A DNA stretch of 64,000 nucleotides, from assembly GCA_045862895.1 (NCBI GenBank), contig BTUO01000007.1, forward strand, positions 67,615-131,614, given 5' to 3'. Made by a program: the position numbers and the translations under genes. Each line of letters opens with the position of its first letter. The first letter of the stretch is position 1. This stretch comes from Acidobacteriota bacterium (GTDB taxonomy: Bacteria; Acidobacteriota; Thermoanaerobaculia; Multivoradales; JAGPDF01). Shown one piece after another: positions 38,001-48,800 of the stretch. The notes under the pieces were generated by a model. It did not search any database, was not told the DNA's origin, and saw only the letters and a list, made by a program, of their open reading frames with translations.

Positions 38001-41000
38001 AATTCGCGCGGAGCGTGCCGTGGTAGCCGCGCAACGGCCGCAAACCGCCCTCGCCGTCGTCGGCGAAGCGCATTCCGGAGCCCTCGCCGCCCACCACCAT
38101 GATGTCGCCGCAAGGGAGCACCGTGACGAACGACTGCCAGTTGTGCGACCAGCCCGGTCCCAGCGAACCCGGGTCGTACACGTCGCTCGAGGAGAACGTG
38201 CGTGAGAACTCGAGATCGATGCCGCGGGCCGGGATCGAGACGTCCTGTCGCGACAACACGAGGTGGCCGTCGAAGGCGTCGACGCCGCCGACGAGCGCGT
38301 GCCCGACCGCCAGGGAATCTCGCGTCACGAGCTCGAAGCGCGCGAAACCCCGTTCGATCTCGACGTGTCCGTCAGCGGTAGAAACGCCCCGCAGCTCCCA
38401 CTCGTACTCGCCCGGCAGCAGGTCGGAGGTCAGGATGTCCAGGTCATGGGATCCGGCTGGCTCCACGCCTCCGGCAAGCAGCGTGATCTCACTGCCGTCG
38501 TACTGCGGCGCTCCTCCGAGCTCGCGATAGATACCGCGAAAAACGAGCGAGACGTTCGCCTCGTAGCCCGTACGGTAGTGGAACTTCGCGGGTTGCTCGC
38601 AGACCCGTTCGTTGACCAGGTCGATGTCCTGACCGAGGAAGAGCTGGCGATCGAGCTCCGAGAAGAGCCGCTGCGAGAATGGCAGCAGTAGCTCGGAGGA
38701 TCGCATCTCGGCCTCGGTTCCCCGGTTGAGGACGAGCTGTGCCGAGTAGGTGCGCGCCTGATCGAACTCGTAGCCGCGCTGCACCGTCGCCTGGCCTGCC
38801 CCGGACCGGGGGCTCGCGGCGGCGACGCCGATCTCGTCGCCGTCCTCGAGCAGGACGATCTCGGCCGTTCTGGCCCGGTAGTCCTCGGGCAGGATTCGAT
38901 ACGAGAGAACCAACTCCTCCGCGAGTCGGCCGTCGTCGGTCAGAACGATCGGGAGATCGGCAATTGGATCGAGCGCCGCGTCGAGCGCCCAGACGCCGTT
39001 CACGAGGTAAGGACCAAAGGTCTCGGGCCCACTCGGCATGCCGAAGAAGTCCGTGGTGACCTCAACCTCCAGCGAGTGGAATCCAACGGCGGGACCCGTC
39101 GCGAGCTGCGTCTCGTAGGACGGGCCCTCGACGAGGATCGGTGGTGTCGCCGAGCCTCCATTCGAGACCTCGAGCTCCAGAGCGGCCTCGATCACGGCCC
39201 ACTGCCCGTCTCCCGACTGGCCTGGATAGGTTTCTCCTCCACCGCCCGGCATCGGGAAGTTGCCGTCGGCCTGGACGAACGCCGCGACGGTCATCGGAAT
39301 CGCCCGACCAAAGGTCGATCCCGGCGACGTCGCCTGGATGTTCTCTCCGAGCTCGTTGATCAGCCACCACGACGCGACGTCGACGCGGCGCCACGGGCTA
39401 CATTCTCCTGTCGTACTGCTCTGCGTGTAGAGGACGCCGTACTCGAATACCTGCGGATCGAACCCCCCTGCCCATGTCGAATAGGTGTAGCTGGCGGCGA
39501 AGGCGCTACCCGTCACCACTCCGATGGGGATGCCGTACGAGGAGGTCGCTCCCGTGTACTCTGCAACCTCGCAGCCCAGCGGATCGCCCGGGAACCAGCT
39601 GCATTCGCGTGAATCGAACACCGCGCCCGGCTGAGGGCTGGATGGAGCGTTGGTGCAGGACTCGTCCTCGAACATGTCGCTGAAGGACGCGCTGACGTCG
39701 ATGTTCGAGATCGGGTTGCCGTGGGAGTCCTCGACGACGAAAACCATCGTGTCGACCCAGGAGGCGGCCCGGTCCACGACGAAGTAAGTCTCGTCACTGT
39801 CCGTGCGCCGCAGTGTCGCCGGTGGTCCGGGGAAACCGAAGGCCTCGATCGGCGCGTCGACCGGAATAGCTCCGGAGGAGCTCGCCACGACCGCGTCGAT
39901 GACGTGCGCCAGCGCGCGGGTGGAATAGGCGTCTCCGTCGTCGCGCAGCAGGTAGACCGGTTCGAGCGAGGTGTCAGTGCCGAGTCGGAAGGGAACCGCC
40001 GCGACGCCGGTCCGGTCGGTGAGCACCGTCACTTCGTCGCCCGGCTCCCCCTCGAGCGGCTCGAAGCGGCCGTCGTCGCGCCCGGTCGTGAAGGTGACCG
40101 CGGCACCCCGAACCGGCCGTCCCGCGGCGTCGCGGACTTCGACCGCGAGCTCGACCGGGAGCAGCGTACCGACCGTCCCGTACTGGCCGTCCGTCGCCGT
40201 GATCTTGACGATCGTCGCCGCCGACATCGGGTCGGGATTGGGCTCGCCGTCGTAGGGCGCGGCGAGCGCCTCGGCGAGGAACTGCAGAACCCAGTCTTCC
40301 GGTGCCGCCGTAGTCGCGCCGCCCGCGAGGCCGCCCGAAAGGTAGTAGCCGGCCGCGCCGGTCGCGGGGTCGTCGACGCGGAAGACCGAGCCGCTCCAGG
40401 CGTCGCGCGCGACTGCGGTGCGCGGCACCTCGATCGTGGCGCCGGCGAGCGCCCAGCGCTCGATCTCGGCCTCGACCGCGGGCGGATGGTCGAGCAGCGC
40501 GAGCATCGCGGCGACGTTGCCGGCGTCGATCGTCTCGACCGGGATGCCGGCGGCGCGCGCGAGCCCGAGGCCGTGGTCGGCCGAGATTGCCCCGACCAGG
40601 AACTCGTCCTCGAACACGAAGCGCTCGAGCGCCGAGCCCTGGAGCGCCGCGAAGCGCTGGTAGTCGATCGCCTCCTCGGCGTCGCCGCCGCGCGCGACCG
40701 GATCGGTCGCACGCAGGGCGGCGTCGAGGGTCACCCCCTGCCACTCGAGCCCTTCCGGGATGCCGGCGAGGTGGGTGACCTCGACCGCGTTGGCGACCAA
40801 CGCGACCGAGGGCAGCGGCGTCGCCAGGGCGACGTCGAGCAGGCCCGCGAGCTCGCGCTCCGCGACGTCCCAGCGTTCGGCGAAGCGGTAGGCGAGCGAG
40901 GAGAGCAGGCGCGCGGCGAGCTGCTCGGCGTCGGAGGGGTCGCCGCCGTCGTCGGCGCGACCGTCGGCGCGCGGCCCGCCGACCGCGAGCGCCTGGTAGG

Positions 41001-42801
41001 AACCCGAGACGAAGGTCTGCTCGATCCGCTCGCTCCCCCACGGGCCGGCGATCGTCGTCTCGAAGTCGTGGGGCACCGCGAGCGGCATCGCCTGGCCGAC
41101 CGCGACCTCGCGCCCTTCGATCCGAAGCACGGGCCGCACGTCGACGAGGTAGGCCGGCACCCGCCCGAGCCCGCCGAACAGCATCACGGTCCGGTGATCG
41201 TCGACGCTGGCCGGAATGTAGGAGATCGTCGTCCGCCGCCCGAGCAGGCGGGCGACCGGCAGCTCGTGATCGAGCACGACCGGCTCGCCCGGAGCCGTCC
41301 CCGCGAAGGCGCGGAAGCGGATCGTCTGGCGGTCGGCCGGAGCGAGCGCGCTCGACTCCGCGGTCACCGCCACGGTGCGCACCGGCAGCGAGCTCGGCAG
41401 GTGGCTCAGCCGCTCCGGGACGACGGAACGCGCTCCCAGCTGATCCACGTAGCTCTCGTCCGGCCGGTTCTCGACGAGCCAGGCCTCGACCTGGCGCCGC
41501 ACCCGCGAGAGCGGTTCCTCGTCCTGGGGCGCGGCGAGGTACGCCGCGAGCTCGTCGTCCACCGCGAGGCCCATCGACTCGAGCACCCGCGTCGACGGGG
41601 TCGTGACGTGCCCTTCGAGCGCCGGAGCCAGCGGGATCCAGGTCCGGCCCGAGAAGTCGACCACCGAGCCACGGTAGTTCGAGTACGGGGCCCAGGCCGA
41701 GATCCAGGTGTGCTCGAGCTCGAACGCCGCGACGGCGCCGCCGCGGACGATCGGCCGAGCCGCCACACCCGAGCGGGCGAGCAGCGCGGCGATGGCCGTC
41801 GGAGACTCCGTGCCGAACTCGGCGGCGAGGTCGGCGATCGGCTGCTCGATCGCCCCCCGGACGTAGCGGCACGCCATGCCGCTCGCGCGCAGGAGCGCCA
41901 CCAGCAGGCTCGCCTGGTCGACGTCGTTGCCCCGCCGCTGGCGCAGCGTCTCCTCGGCGCCCTTGAGCGAACCGGCGTAGCGCTCGGTGTCAATCTCGTT
42001 GCGCACGAACTCGAAGAGGCGGACGTAGTCGTAGCCGAGCGCCGCGGCCTGCGCGACGATCTCGGCGGTGAGCGGAGCCTCCGGGGTCGACGCCAGGTCG
42101 GCCGCCGTCGGCAGGGGTGGGACCAGCAACCGGTACGACGGCTCGATGGCCGGCGCCACGACCGGTGTGCGCGCCGCGAGCTCCTGAGGGCGGTAGGGCA
42201 GCGCGAGAGCGCGCAGCAGGGGCTCGGAATCCGCCTCCCCCCCTTCACCGAGCGTGGCGAGGCCGCGAAAGACGGCGCCGGGGACGGCAACGGCGGCGCG
42301 GGCGCGCCCTGCCGGCGGTTCGGCGAGGTCGCCGAGCCAGCGCTCGAGCCCGGCGCGCAAGGGGGCGAAGCGCTCCTCGTAGCGGCGCTCCGCGGCGTCG
42401 AGACGCGCGACGACTGTGCCGCCGATGCCGGCTTCGGCCAGACGCCGCCGGTTGTCCGCGAAACGCTCCCGCGCGAGCAGGTCGAAGGCGAGCACTTCGG
42501 TCGCGACGGCCGCGGCGTCGCCGGCGTCGAGCGACGATCGGCTCGACAGACGCTCCAGCGAGATCACCGCCCGCTCGAGCCCCGCGGCCGTCTCGCTGCG
42601 ATCGCGGGCGGCCGCGCGCACCGGCCGGGGACGAGCGGCGAGCTCCCGGGCGAGGGCGCGAACCTCCTCCCCGCGCGCGAAGCCGGCGAGGAACCGCTCC
42701 TCGCGCGGGTCGTGGCCCTGCGCCGCGGCGGCGCTCGCGAGCGCCGTCGATCCCGCGATCGACAGCAGCGCCCACGCCAACCCCCTCCCCGTCACTCGCA
42801 C
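32053..42801 (-). CDS. RHS/YD-repeat polymorphic toxin (3582 aa) with N-terminal signal peptide, transglutaminase-like and Ig-like regions, YD repeats, RHS core ending DPLGLY, and a variable C-terminal toxin domain of about 430 aa
   Basis: A GTG start at 42801 has a GAGGAGGGAG just upstream. MRVTGRGLAWALLSIAGSTALASAAAAQG is a signal peptide. Many YD repeats are present (YDxxGNL, YDALNR, YDANGNR). The core reads FGFTGHQRDEETGLYYFGARFYDPELGRFLNEDPFGG ... DPLGLY. The C-terminal domain has unknown function and is encoded in a lower-GC segment. Confidence 0.9.
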   Translation of the reverse strand: MRVTGRGLAWALLSIAGSTALASAAAAQGHDPREERFLAGFARGEEVRALARELAARPRPVRAAARDRSETAAGLERAVISLERLSSRSSLDAGDAAAVATEVLAFDLLARERFADNRRRLAEAGIGGTVVARLDAAERRYEERFAPLRAGLERWLGDLAEPPAGRARAAVAVPGAVFRGLATLGEGGEADSEPLLRALALPYRPQELAARTPVVAPAIEPSYRLLVPPLPTAADLASTPEAPLTAEIVAQAAALGYDYVRLFEFVRNEIDTERYAGSLKGAEETLRQRRGNDVDQASLLVALLRASGMACRYVRGAIEQPIADLAAEFGTESPTAIAALLARSGVAARPIVRGGAVAAFELEHTWISAWAPYSNYRGSVVDFSGRTWIPLAPALEGHVTTPSTRVLESMGLAVDDELAAYLAAPQDEEPLSRVRRQVEAWLVENRPDESYVDQLGARSVVPERLSHLPSSLPVRTVAVTAESSALAPADRQTIRFRAFAGTAPGEPVVLDHELPVARLLGRRTTISYIPASVDDHRTVMLFGGLGRVPAYLVDVRPVLRIEGREVAVGQAMPLAVPHDFETTIAGPWGSERIEQTFVSGSYQALAVGGPRADGRADDGGDPSDAEQLAARLLSSLAYRFAERWDVAERELAGLLDVALATPLPSVALVANAVEVTHLAGIPEGLEWQGVTLDAALRATDPVARGGDAEEAIDYQRFAALQGSALERFVFEDEFLVGAISADHGLGLARAAGIPVETIDAGNVAAMLALLDHPPAVEAEIERWALAGATIEVPRTAVARDAWSGSVFRVDDPATGAAGYYLSGGLAGGATTAAPEDWVLQFLAEALAAPYDGEPNPDPMSAATIVKITATDGQYGTVGTLLPVELAVEVRDAAGRPVRGAAVTFTTGRDDGRFEPLEGEPGDEVTVLTDRTGVAAVPFRLGTDTSLEPVYLLRDDGDAYSTRALAHVIDAVVASSSGAIPVDAPIEAFGFPGPPATLRRTDSDETYFVVDRAASWVDTMVFVVEDSHGNPISNIDVSASFSDMFEDESCTNAPSSPQPGAVFDSRECSWFPGDPLGCEVAEYTGATSSYGIPIGVVTGSAFAASYTYSTWAGGFDPQVFEYGVLYTQSSTTGECSPWRRVDVASWWLINELGENIQATSPGSTFGRAIPMTVAAFVQADGNFPMPGGGGETYPGQSGDGQWAVIEAALELEVSNGGSATPPILVEGPSYETQLATGPAVGFHSLEVEVTTDFFGMPSGPETFGPYLVNGVWALDAALDPIADLPIVLTDDGRLAEELVLSYRILPEDYRARTAEIVLLEDGDEIGVAAASPRSGAGQATVQRGYEFDQARTYSAQLVLNRGTEAEMRSSELLLPFSQRLFSELDRQLFLGQDIDLVNERVCEQPAKFHYRTGYEANVSLVFRGIYRELGGAPQYDGSEITLLAGGVEPAGSHDLDILTSDLLPGEYEWELRGVSTADGHVEIERGFARFELVTRDSLAVGHALVGGVDAFDGHLVLSRQDVSIPARGIDLEFSRTFSSSDVYDPGSLGPGWSHNWQSFVTVLPCGDIMVVGGEGSGMRFADDGEGGLRPLRGYHGTLRANWSTLTFDFFAKGGRRYHYVYDYDTRWRLAFVEDPNGNRVTLVYEPSSGGESPFRLAAVVDDAGRQLTFAYQRRSFAQWVGEVLVSVSGPDGLRVTFTYDPVWGTLIRAERETHSDGSPSRVESYRWELRNPFWDDRKVLVEARDEISAAETLFEYLPVTVGAAGVLVQRISIESITKPRGGVKQFAFDLAGLEARAEETETVVTDERGKEWRYVQNRYGATIRQIDPLDQLTVTEWTPDDVLVTARTDANGVRTEYDYDEHGNLLSESVEVIDVDNGAHTYVESRTYVPPSEFELPIKDRLATRTDRNGATTTFEYDARGNLLAESVVVTDVDAGARTLTIGHDYFPNGDRASTTDHRGSTTRFRYDATGNLTEVHDPLNHKTVSAFDARGRMVSRTDARFHATTFEYDVLDRRVRTVHPLVEGEATPAEERVVYDDASRTRTDVDARNRSTVTTLDLEGNVASIVNAEQGTKILDYDLAGNKTLESTWFDQQTPRHDTIFDYDDAGRLERRDEPHGRRTVYQYDAVGNLRFETVSDTTDPAFEPRLTEKVYDALNREIAVIRDPSGLAQRIEKLLDGNGNVVALRDPLDRETLVDYDELDRRIRETRPEWRAGQAAVTEWLFVDPDRREEERRYNQRELPNGTFESNDQVRKVLYDERGLVRRREDAEGKAWTYEYDAVGNLVREVDRRGVLVTSDYDERNRRIRRTEVLNKFTVPARDVVTEWSHDGNGNVVEERLPNGNVVTHVYDGLNRRTESSDELGALSTADYDARGNVIGETDASGNELTREYDALDRLVAEHLPEDRDFAFTYDVAGNRLTHENARGFTTEYEYDALNRLTRTIDPAPFGYDTILSWDLAGNKKTEQNRRDFVTSYDYDELDRLVRIDDPAAVGTFQSFTYDAIGNRLSATDRRGIRTSFAWDRENRLLSTTRSGITLESNQYDGNGNRIFTTDARGHTTGFEYDERNLLKSENRPLAAITRFALDDLGDRIRRIDPEGRVTEWSYDLRRRQLREKRLMDPGNSSDDEEQASCYDGNGNRIARFEPEAFSALAGAEPCESPFPGAFRYGFDAANRLTSVRDPLGHLTSYGYDPSGNRTSQTDDNSHTTSFEYDALERLTRKIYPQVAGVAAEESYGYDANGNRTGLTDPLGQAFSWQYDALDRETLATYPPPTPPRGDDLQSIATAYDGNGNVETVTETYSGPSGTRTTSQTWDAFDRLRTKTDPEGELLTYGYDAAGNRNRLTDPDGRTTLYQHDALNRLQSVLPPGTGATLYEYLGNSLLKRITYPNGATAAYGYDRANRVTSIENRQHTALVSSYVYAYDRNGNRTSQEETNGGAPETTTYVYDDADRLTEVHYPDETVVYTLDGVGNRQTEVTTDTGTGTITSNKTYGYNERDFLLSVTDSVEPANNTNYAYDVNGNQIEKTAVQSGVISSFIYDVRDQLVEVSTSTGLLETYGYSYDGLRTRKSGPGGLFRFVYDERSLLLQTDLAGITIAKYEWGPDRLLSLDHAVEGRQFYLFDGLGSVASLSKPDGTLQARFRWDAWGNLRSQAGDSFNLFGFTGHQRDEETGLYYFGARFYDPELGRFLNEDPFGGVLETPPSLHRFLYANASPVRFTDPLGLYSWEELGRDLQFVQDVAVGTLVGMYDPRNAGKNLQRGVGGAVGTAKMLGGTAVGLLSLAADNASGMALPGAFERNAGRAEALADFISHPVDTIVDAHAVAIQKIEAHEAKGEYFQSGMVGGEIGSADALAVAGGIEGAGALARGAGRLTTRALSVDFAGIEAGFSEAVAPLGGAPRVPFGTTTTSVPVRVQSAVVGESSTSGGAAVSEVSTTQSAPALGSSAERSTPPIRPSWQAAQAGPADDLAQFGFESEPSFFGGSRVSYGTRGSVRPDYASEQMMLSVDVKNYDLTTAKGRWRLVRDVVGQSESRARNLPEGMQQGVIIDIRGQQVNDVLLQRMLDRIVQKSDGLIHADNVVVQRADP

Positions 42802-45800
42802 GCTCCCTCCTCGATGCAGTTCGGTACCGGATCCGGCGGCGGCAGGCAGCCCGCGAACGGCGCGTGGTCGAGCTGACCGTCGAGCTTCAGCGATTCCGCG
42901 ACGACCGTGCCCTCGACGACCGCTTCGACGAAGCCGAGGACGGCGTAAGGCGCCAGGACGCTGCCGCGGAAGACCAGCTCTTCGAAGACGACGTCCTCGG
43001 CCTCAGCGAAGTTAAAGAGGACGTGGTCGGATCGCACGTTCTCGAGCGCGATCGGAAAACTGGCGGCGATGATCTGCGTTCCGGCCACGTTGACCAGTGC
43101 GGTCGAGCCCGCCGGCGCCCGCAGGATCAGGCTGGTGGCGGCCGCAAGCTGCGCCGCGTCGATCTCGAAGACGTTCAGTGTCGGATCGACGCCGACCAGC
43201 CGCAGGCCACCGCGCGGCGTCAACGTCGTCGATCCGTTCGCGGCGAGCGTGGCGAGCGACCCGGAGAGCGCGACGAGCGCCGCGCGCTCGGCCTCGAAGT
43301 CGATCGGAGCCCCCGAACGCAGAACGCCGTCGGGGATCGCGACGCCTTCGACCGCGGCCCAGTCGCCGTAGATCGCGTCGCCATGGATTACCCGCCCGCC
43401 GGCGAACGACAGGCCGTCGCCGGCGACCAGCGCGGCGCCGTCGCGGCCGGGAAGGCTCTCGCCGACGCTGACCGCCTCGAGATCGACGTCGCCACCCGCC
43501 GCCAGCCGGCCACCGACGTCGCCGTGGCTCTGGAGCAGGTCGCCCCACAGGAACAGGTTGAAGTCGTTCGCCAGGCCGAGCGGCTCGGTCGCACACCCGG
43601 CGTCGTCGATCCGCGCGACGGCCTCGGCGCCGACGACGACCTCCTCGGAGCCCGCGGCGAGGTCGAGGAAGAAGGTCTCGGGCGACTCCAGCTGCTTGTC
43701 GCCGAGGACCTCGACGGCGACTTGCGCCGAGGTCGCGGTCGCCGGCACTTCGAGCGTCCCGCTCGCCGCCTCGTAGTCGGCCCCCGCCTCGGCCTCGCCA
43801 TCGCGAGTCACGAACTCGACCGCGGTGGTCCGGTCCGTCGGGCAGGCCAGCAGCACCGGGAACTCCGCCCACGCGGTCTCGCCCGGCGCCGGCTCGGTCA
43901 CGCCGACGCCACCGACGGAGATCGCCGCTGCACGCAGCGACACCAGCGAGAGCGCGTCGAAGTAGGCATCGAGGTCGGGTTCGGTGAAACGCTCGGCGAG
44001 CAGTCGCACGCGGATGCGGCGGGTCCCCGCCGGAGCCGCGCGCTCGTCCTCGATCACGCTCCAGGTTGCCGGACTGGCGAGCGCTCCCGAATCGAACAGA
44101 TCGAGCACCGTGCCGGGCTCGTCGCGGTACTCCACGACGATCCGGGCGAGGTCGGGGATCGCCTCGTCGGCGCTGTAAACACGGCCCGAGAACCGGAACG
44201 CCTGCGCGCCCTCGTCGATCGCCGAGGCGTACGGCGCGAGATCGATCTCCTGGACCAGCTCCGCCGTGGCGACCGCGCCCGGGAAGAAGCTCGCCTCGCC
44301 CTCGACCGGAACCGGCTCGAGCCAGCGCGGCCGCCAGAGCCCGCCGACGACCTCGATCCAGCCGGCCAGCTCGCCGTCGATCAGCGGAGACTCGGCGCCG
44401 GGATTGACGAGGAGCTCCGGCCCCGGACAGAGCTCGTCGTCGACGATCGTCACCAGCCCGGTCGCGTCGGCGAGGGTGCCGTAGCTCGGCGTTCCGAGCT
44501 CGAGCGTGAAGGTCTGGTCCGGCTCGAGCAAGACGTCGCCCAGCACCGGGACGGCGACCGTGGCGCTCACCTCGCCCGGCGCGAAGCTCACGCTTTCGGC
44601 GACGGCCGTGTAGTCGAGCCCCGCGGTCGCGCTGCCGTCGGCCGTCGCGACATCGAGCTCGACCGCCTCGAGTCCCGGGGTCGACAGCGTCAGCGTCACG
44701 ACGGCGTCCTGGCTGCCGGCGTCGCCCTCGGTGATCGTCACGTCGTCGACCGCGACCGCCGGCAGGTCGTCGTCGAGGATCGTACCGACCGCCGTCGCCT
44801 GCCCGATCGTCGCCCCCTGCGGCGAACCGATCTCCAGCGTCAGCGTCTCGTCGATCTCGTCGAGGAGGTCTCCGATGACCGAGACTGGAATCGCGCCGTT
44901 GATCGCGCCGGGATCGAACGTCAGGATACCGGCGGCTCCGACGAAGTCGCTGCCATCGGTCGCCGTTCCGTCGACGGTCTGGTAGGTCACGCTCACCGGG
45001 CGCGTGACCGCCTGCGAGAGCGTGACCACGAACGACAGCTCGCCGCCCGTGGCGTCGCCCTCGACGACCTCGGCCGCCGTCACCGAGGCCTCCGGCAGGA
45101 GCGCCTCGATCGTGAAGTGGAGCTCGCTGGTGGCGCGGTTGCCGGCGGCGTCCTCTGCCAGGACCCGGAGCGTATGCGCACCCTCCTGGTCGACCGGTGT
45201 GCCGGCGGGCAGCGAGGCGCCGTCGAGCGTGACGACGAACCAGCCCGGGTGCAGATCTTCGACCGTGATCACGGGCAGGACCGGTTCCGGATAGATGCCG
45301 CCCTCCTCGACGCCATCGACGACGATGACCGGAGGTGTCAAGTCGACCTCGAAGGGATGCTCGGCGGTCAGCGCTTCGTTGTCCCAGGCATCGCGGGCCC
45401 GCAGCCGGACCGAGTGGCTCCCTTCCGCCATCGGCGCGAGCGCGGCGCCCCAGAGGCCGAGCGTCGCCTCCTCGAGCGCGAGCGGCTGCCAGTCGCCGCC
45501 GTCGACCGCGACGGCCACCGACACCACGGTCGAGTGCTGGTCGACCGCCGTCGCCTGCGCCCGCGCCTGCGCGCCGACCAGGCCCGAGTGGGCGGGGACG
45601 ATCAGGGTCGCCAGCGGCGGCGTCCGGTCGGCCGTGGCGAATCCCTCGGCGTCCAGGACGAGCCACGCGGGCGCACCGCCATCGACCCAGTACGCTTCCA
45701 GCACCGCCAGGTACGGCGCCAGGCCGAGCTCGTCGGTGGCGAAGAGGGCGCTGCCGGCGTGCGTCGCGCCGGCCGGCAGATCGATCACGCTCTCCGAGCG

Positions 45801-48800
45801 CGCCAGCTCGATTCCCGTGGCCGGATCGATCAGTCGAGTTCGAATCGGCACTGCGAAGGCGTCGGCGCCGCCCGCGTTGGTCACCGAGTAGACGGCGATC
45901 AACGGCTCGCCGATCGCCGGCTGCGGATTGGAGAGCGCGAGCATGCCGAGCAGCGCTGCCGGCGCGGTCCGCAACTCGAAAGGGACCTCGCCGACCGCGA
46001 GGACGCTGCCTCCCCGCTCGACCTCGACGCGGACGCGGTGAACGCCCGGCTCGGCCCCCGCTGTGGCAAAGGTGCGGACGACCGACGCGACGGCGCCCGG
46101 CAACAGGTCGCCGAGGGGCTGCTGCCACTGAGCGACGGCGACTCCGTCCGGGTCGATCACCGCGAGCCGAGCGATTGCGCCCGACAGGAGGGCGTTGCCC
46201 GCCTCGTAGCGGATCCGCCCCGAAACCGGCGCGCTCTCACCGATCGTGTACCACGGACGCTCGCTCGCCGCGATCACGGAGAGATAGAAGACCTCCCCGA
46301 TCTCGAAGGGCGCGGTGGTCTGGGCGATCTCGGCCCCGTCCAGATCGAACAGCCTCGCGCGCGCCTGGTAGAGGCCGGCGAAGACCCCTTCCGTCGACCA
46401 CGTTCTCTCGACTTCCAGCGTCGCGCCGTGCTCGAGGCCGATCACCGCCTCCGGTTCGAGTTCGGCCAGCTCGAAGCCGTTCGCGTCCTCGATCGCGATC
46501 TCGATCCACCCGTCGAAGGTCGATCCGGCGTTGAACAAAGCCGCCGTGAGCTCGACCGTGTCGTCCTCGCCATAGGTCGTGCGGTCGGTCGCGAGTTCGA
46601 GCAGGGGCGTTCCGTCGGCGGCCACCAGGAAGGCGCGCTCGGCCGCGTTGTCGTCCTCGTTCGCCTCGACGACCACTCCCGCCGCATCGACGGCCGCCGC
46701 CGCCAGGTAGCTGCCGGCGACGGAGGGGAGCGACAGATCGAAGCCGAAGACCGCCGAGCCTCCGGGCGGCAGCGGCGGGACCGCGAGTCCCTCCGCCAGC
46801 ACCGCGACGAAGCCCTGCGGGCCGCTCACGGCGGCGGTCAGGTCGCTCGCGGGTGCGGCTGCGCCACCCAGGTTGCGCACCACCACCGTGACCCGCGCCA
46901 TCCCACCCGCCAGCGGTACGGCGGGCAGAACCACCAGCTCCGGGCCGAGCACGGCGAGGTTCGGCAGCGCCTCGCCGCGCAGGTGGACGAGGGTCTCCGC
47001 CGACGGCACCGAAGCGTTGCCGGCGAGGTCCCGCGCGATCGCGACGAGGCGGTTGTCGCCGCCGGCGAGCGCCACGCCCGGCACTTCGAAGCGCCCCGGC
47101 GGCTCGATCCGGCTGGGAGTGAGGTCGCTGACGACGAGCGCGGTGCCACCCGCGACCCATTCGAGCTGCTCGATGCCGGCGAACAGCTCGACCGGCCAGG
47201 TACGAGCCGCGCCGTCCTCGAGATCGACCTCGAGCACCTCGCCGCCGTCCCGCACGCAGGCGAAGCTCGCGGCGTGCGGCGCCCAGCGCGGCATCGCGTG
47301 CTCTCCGGGCTCCGCGGTCACCGCTTCGCTGGTCGCGCTCGCGAGGTCGTGGCGCCAGACCTGGTCGCTACCCGAAGCGCTCGACGTCCACAGCAGCGCC
47401 GCGCCGTCCGGCGACCAGCTGAGGGCGCCGTCGGAGGCGGGCAGAGTCGCGACCACGAGGCCGGTCTCGATCTCGGCCACCTCGATCTCCGTCGCGCCGG
47501 TCGTGCGCAGCCAGGCGAGGTGGGTGCCGGCCGGCGACCACTCGAGCGCCTCGCCGAGATCGTCGAGGGTCGCGGTCGCTACCGTCAGGGTCCAGTCGCC
47601 GCTGTCGAGATCGAGCACCCAGACGCCGCTCTGACCGGCACGCAGCGCGACGACCGCGAGTCGGTCCCCCGACGGCGACGGCGCGGCGATCCTCGCTTCG
47701 TCCAAGGCGGCGACGACTTCGAGAGCTTCGTCGGCCACGTCGAAGCGGCGCACCGCGGCGCCGTCCACCACGTAAGCGGAACCGCCATCCGCGGACCAGC
47801 GCACGCGACCGTTGCCCTCCGGCAGATCGACCACCTCTGGACCGTCCAGACGGCGGACGTAGGCGGCGCCGAAGTCGTCCTCCACCCAGAGCCAGCGGCC
47901 GTCCGGCGAGAGGCGCGCCGCCGTCCAGACGACGTCCGCCAGTGACTCGACCGCGAACTCGCTCGCGGCCACCGCCTCGCCGGCGTAAACGGCGTTGCGC
48001 CGCAGCTCGATCTCGGCACCCTCGGCCGCGAAACCCGCGACCGGGATCGGCGAGCGGAGGGTGATCCGCGGCGCCCCGGCGAAGGCGGGGAAGGTCAGTA
48101 CGGGCGCCGGCGGCGGCAGCTCGTCCGTCGGTGTTCCGCTCGCCTCGTTCGACGCGGAGCTCTCGTTGCCCGCGGCGTCGAGCGCGGAGACGACGTAGTA
48201 GTAGGTCGAGCCGTCGACGAGGCCACCGTCGCGATGGGCCGGCGCCGGAGCGTCGGCGACCGGAGAGTAAGGCCCGCCGGCGACCTCGGCCCGGTGCACG
48301 CGGTAGCCCGACGGCGCCGGCCCCGAGGGCGGCTGCCAGGCGAGATCGAGGGCGCCGCCGCCGGCGACCGGGGTGACGAACAGATCGGTCGGAGGCGCGG
48401 GCAGCTCGACCGCCACCAGCGCTTCGACGGCGTTCGACGGCGGGCTCGAGTGACCTGCCCCATCGACGGCGACGACAACATACAGGTAGGTGCCGTTGGG
48501 CAGCCCCGCGTCGAGCCAGGTGCGATTCCCCAGGTCGGTGCGCTCACCGATGTTCGTGCCGTCGCGCCAGACCTCGTAGCGCTCGACGTCCGGCGACGGG
48601 CTAGCGGTCCAGCTCAGGGCGACGTCGCTGCCGGTGACCTCTGCCGCGAGCACCACCGGTTCCGGAGGCGTGGTGTCGCCGACGCCGATCGTCGCCGGCT
48701 CCGAGAGCGCGCTCTCGAAGCCGAGCGTCGTGAGCGCGCTGACGCGGTACTCGTGGACTCCGTCCGGAACGGTCTCGGTCAAGGTCGTGGCGGCGAGGAT

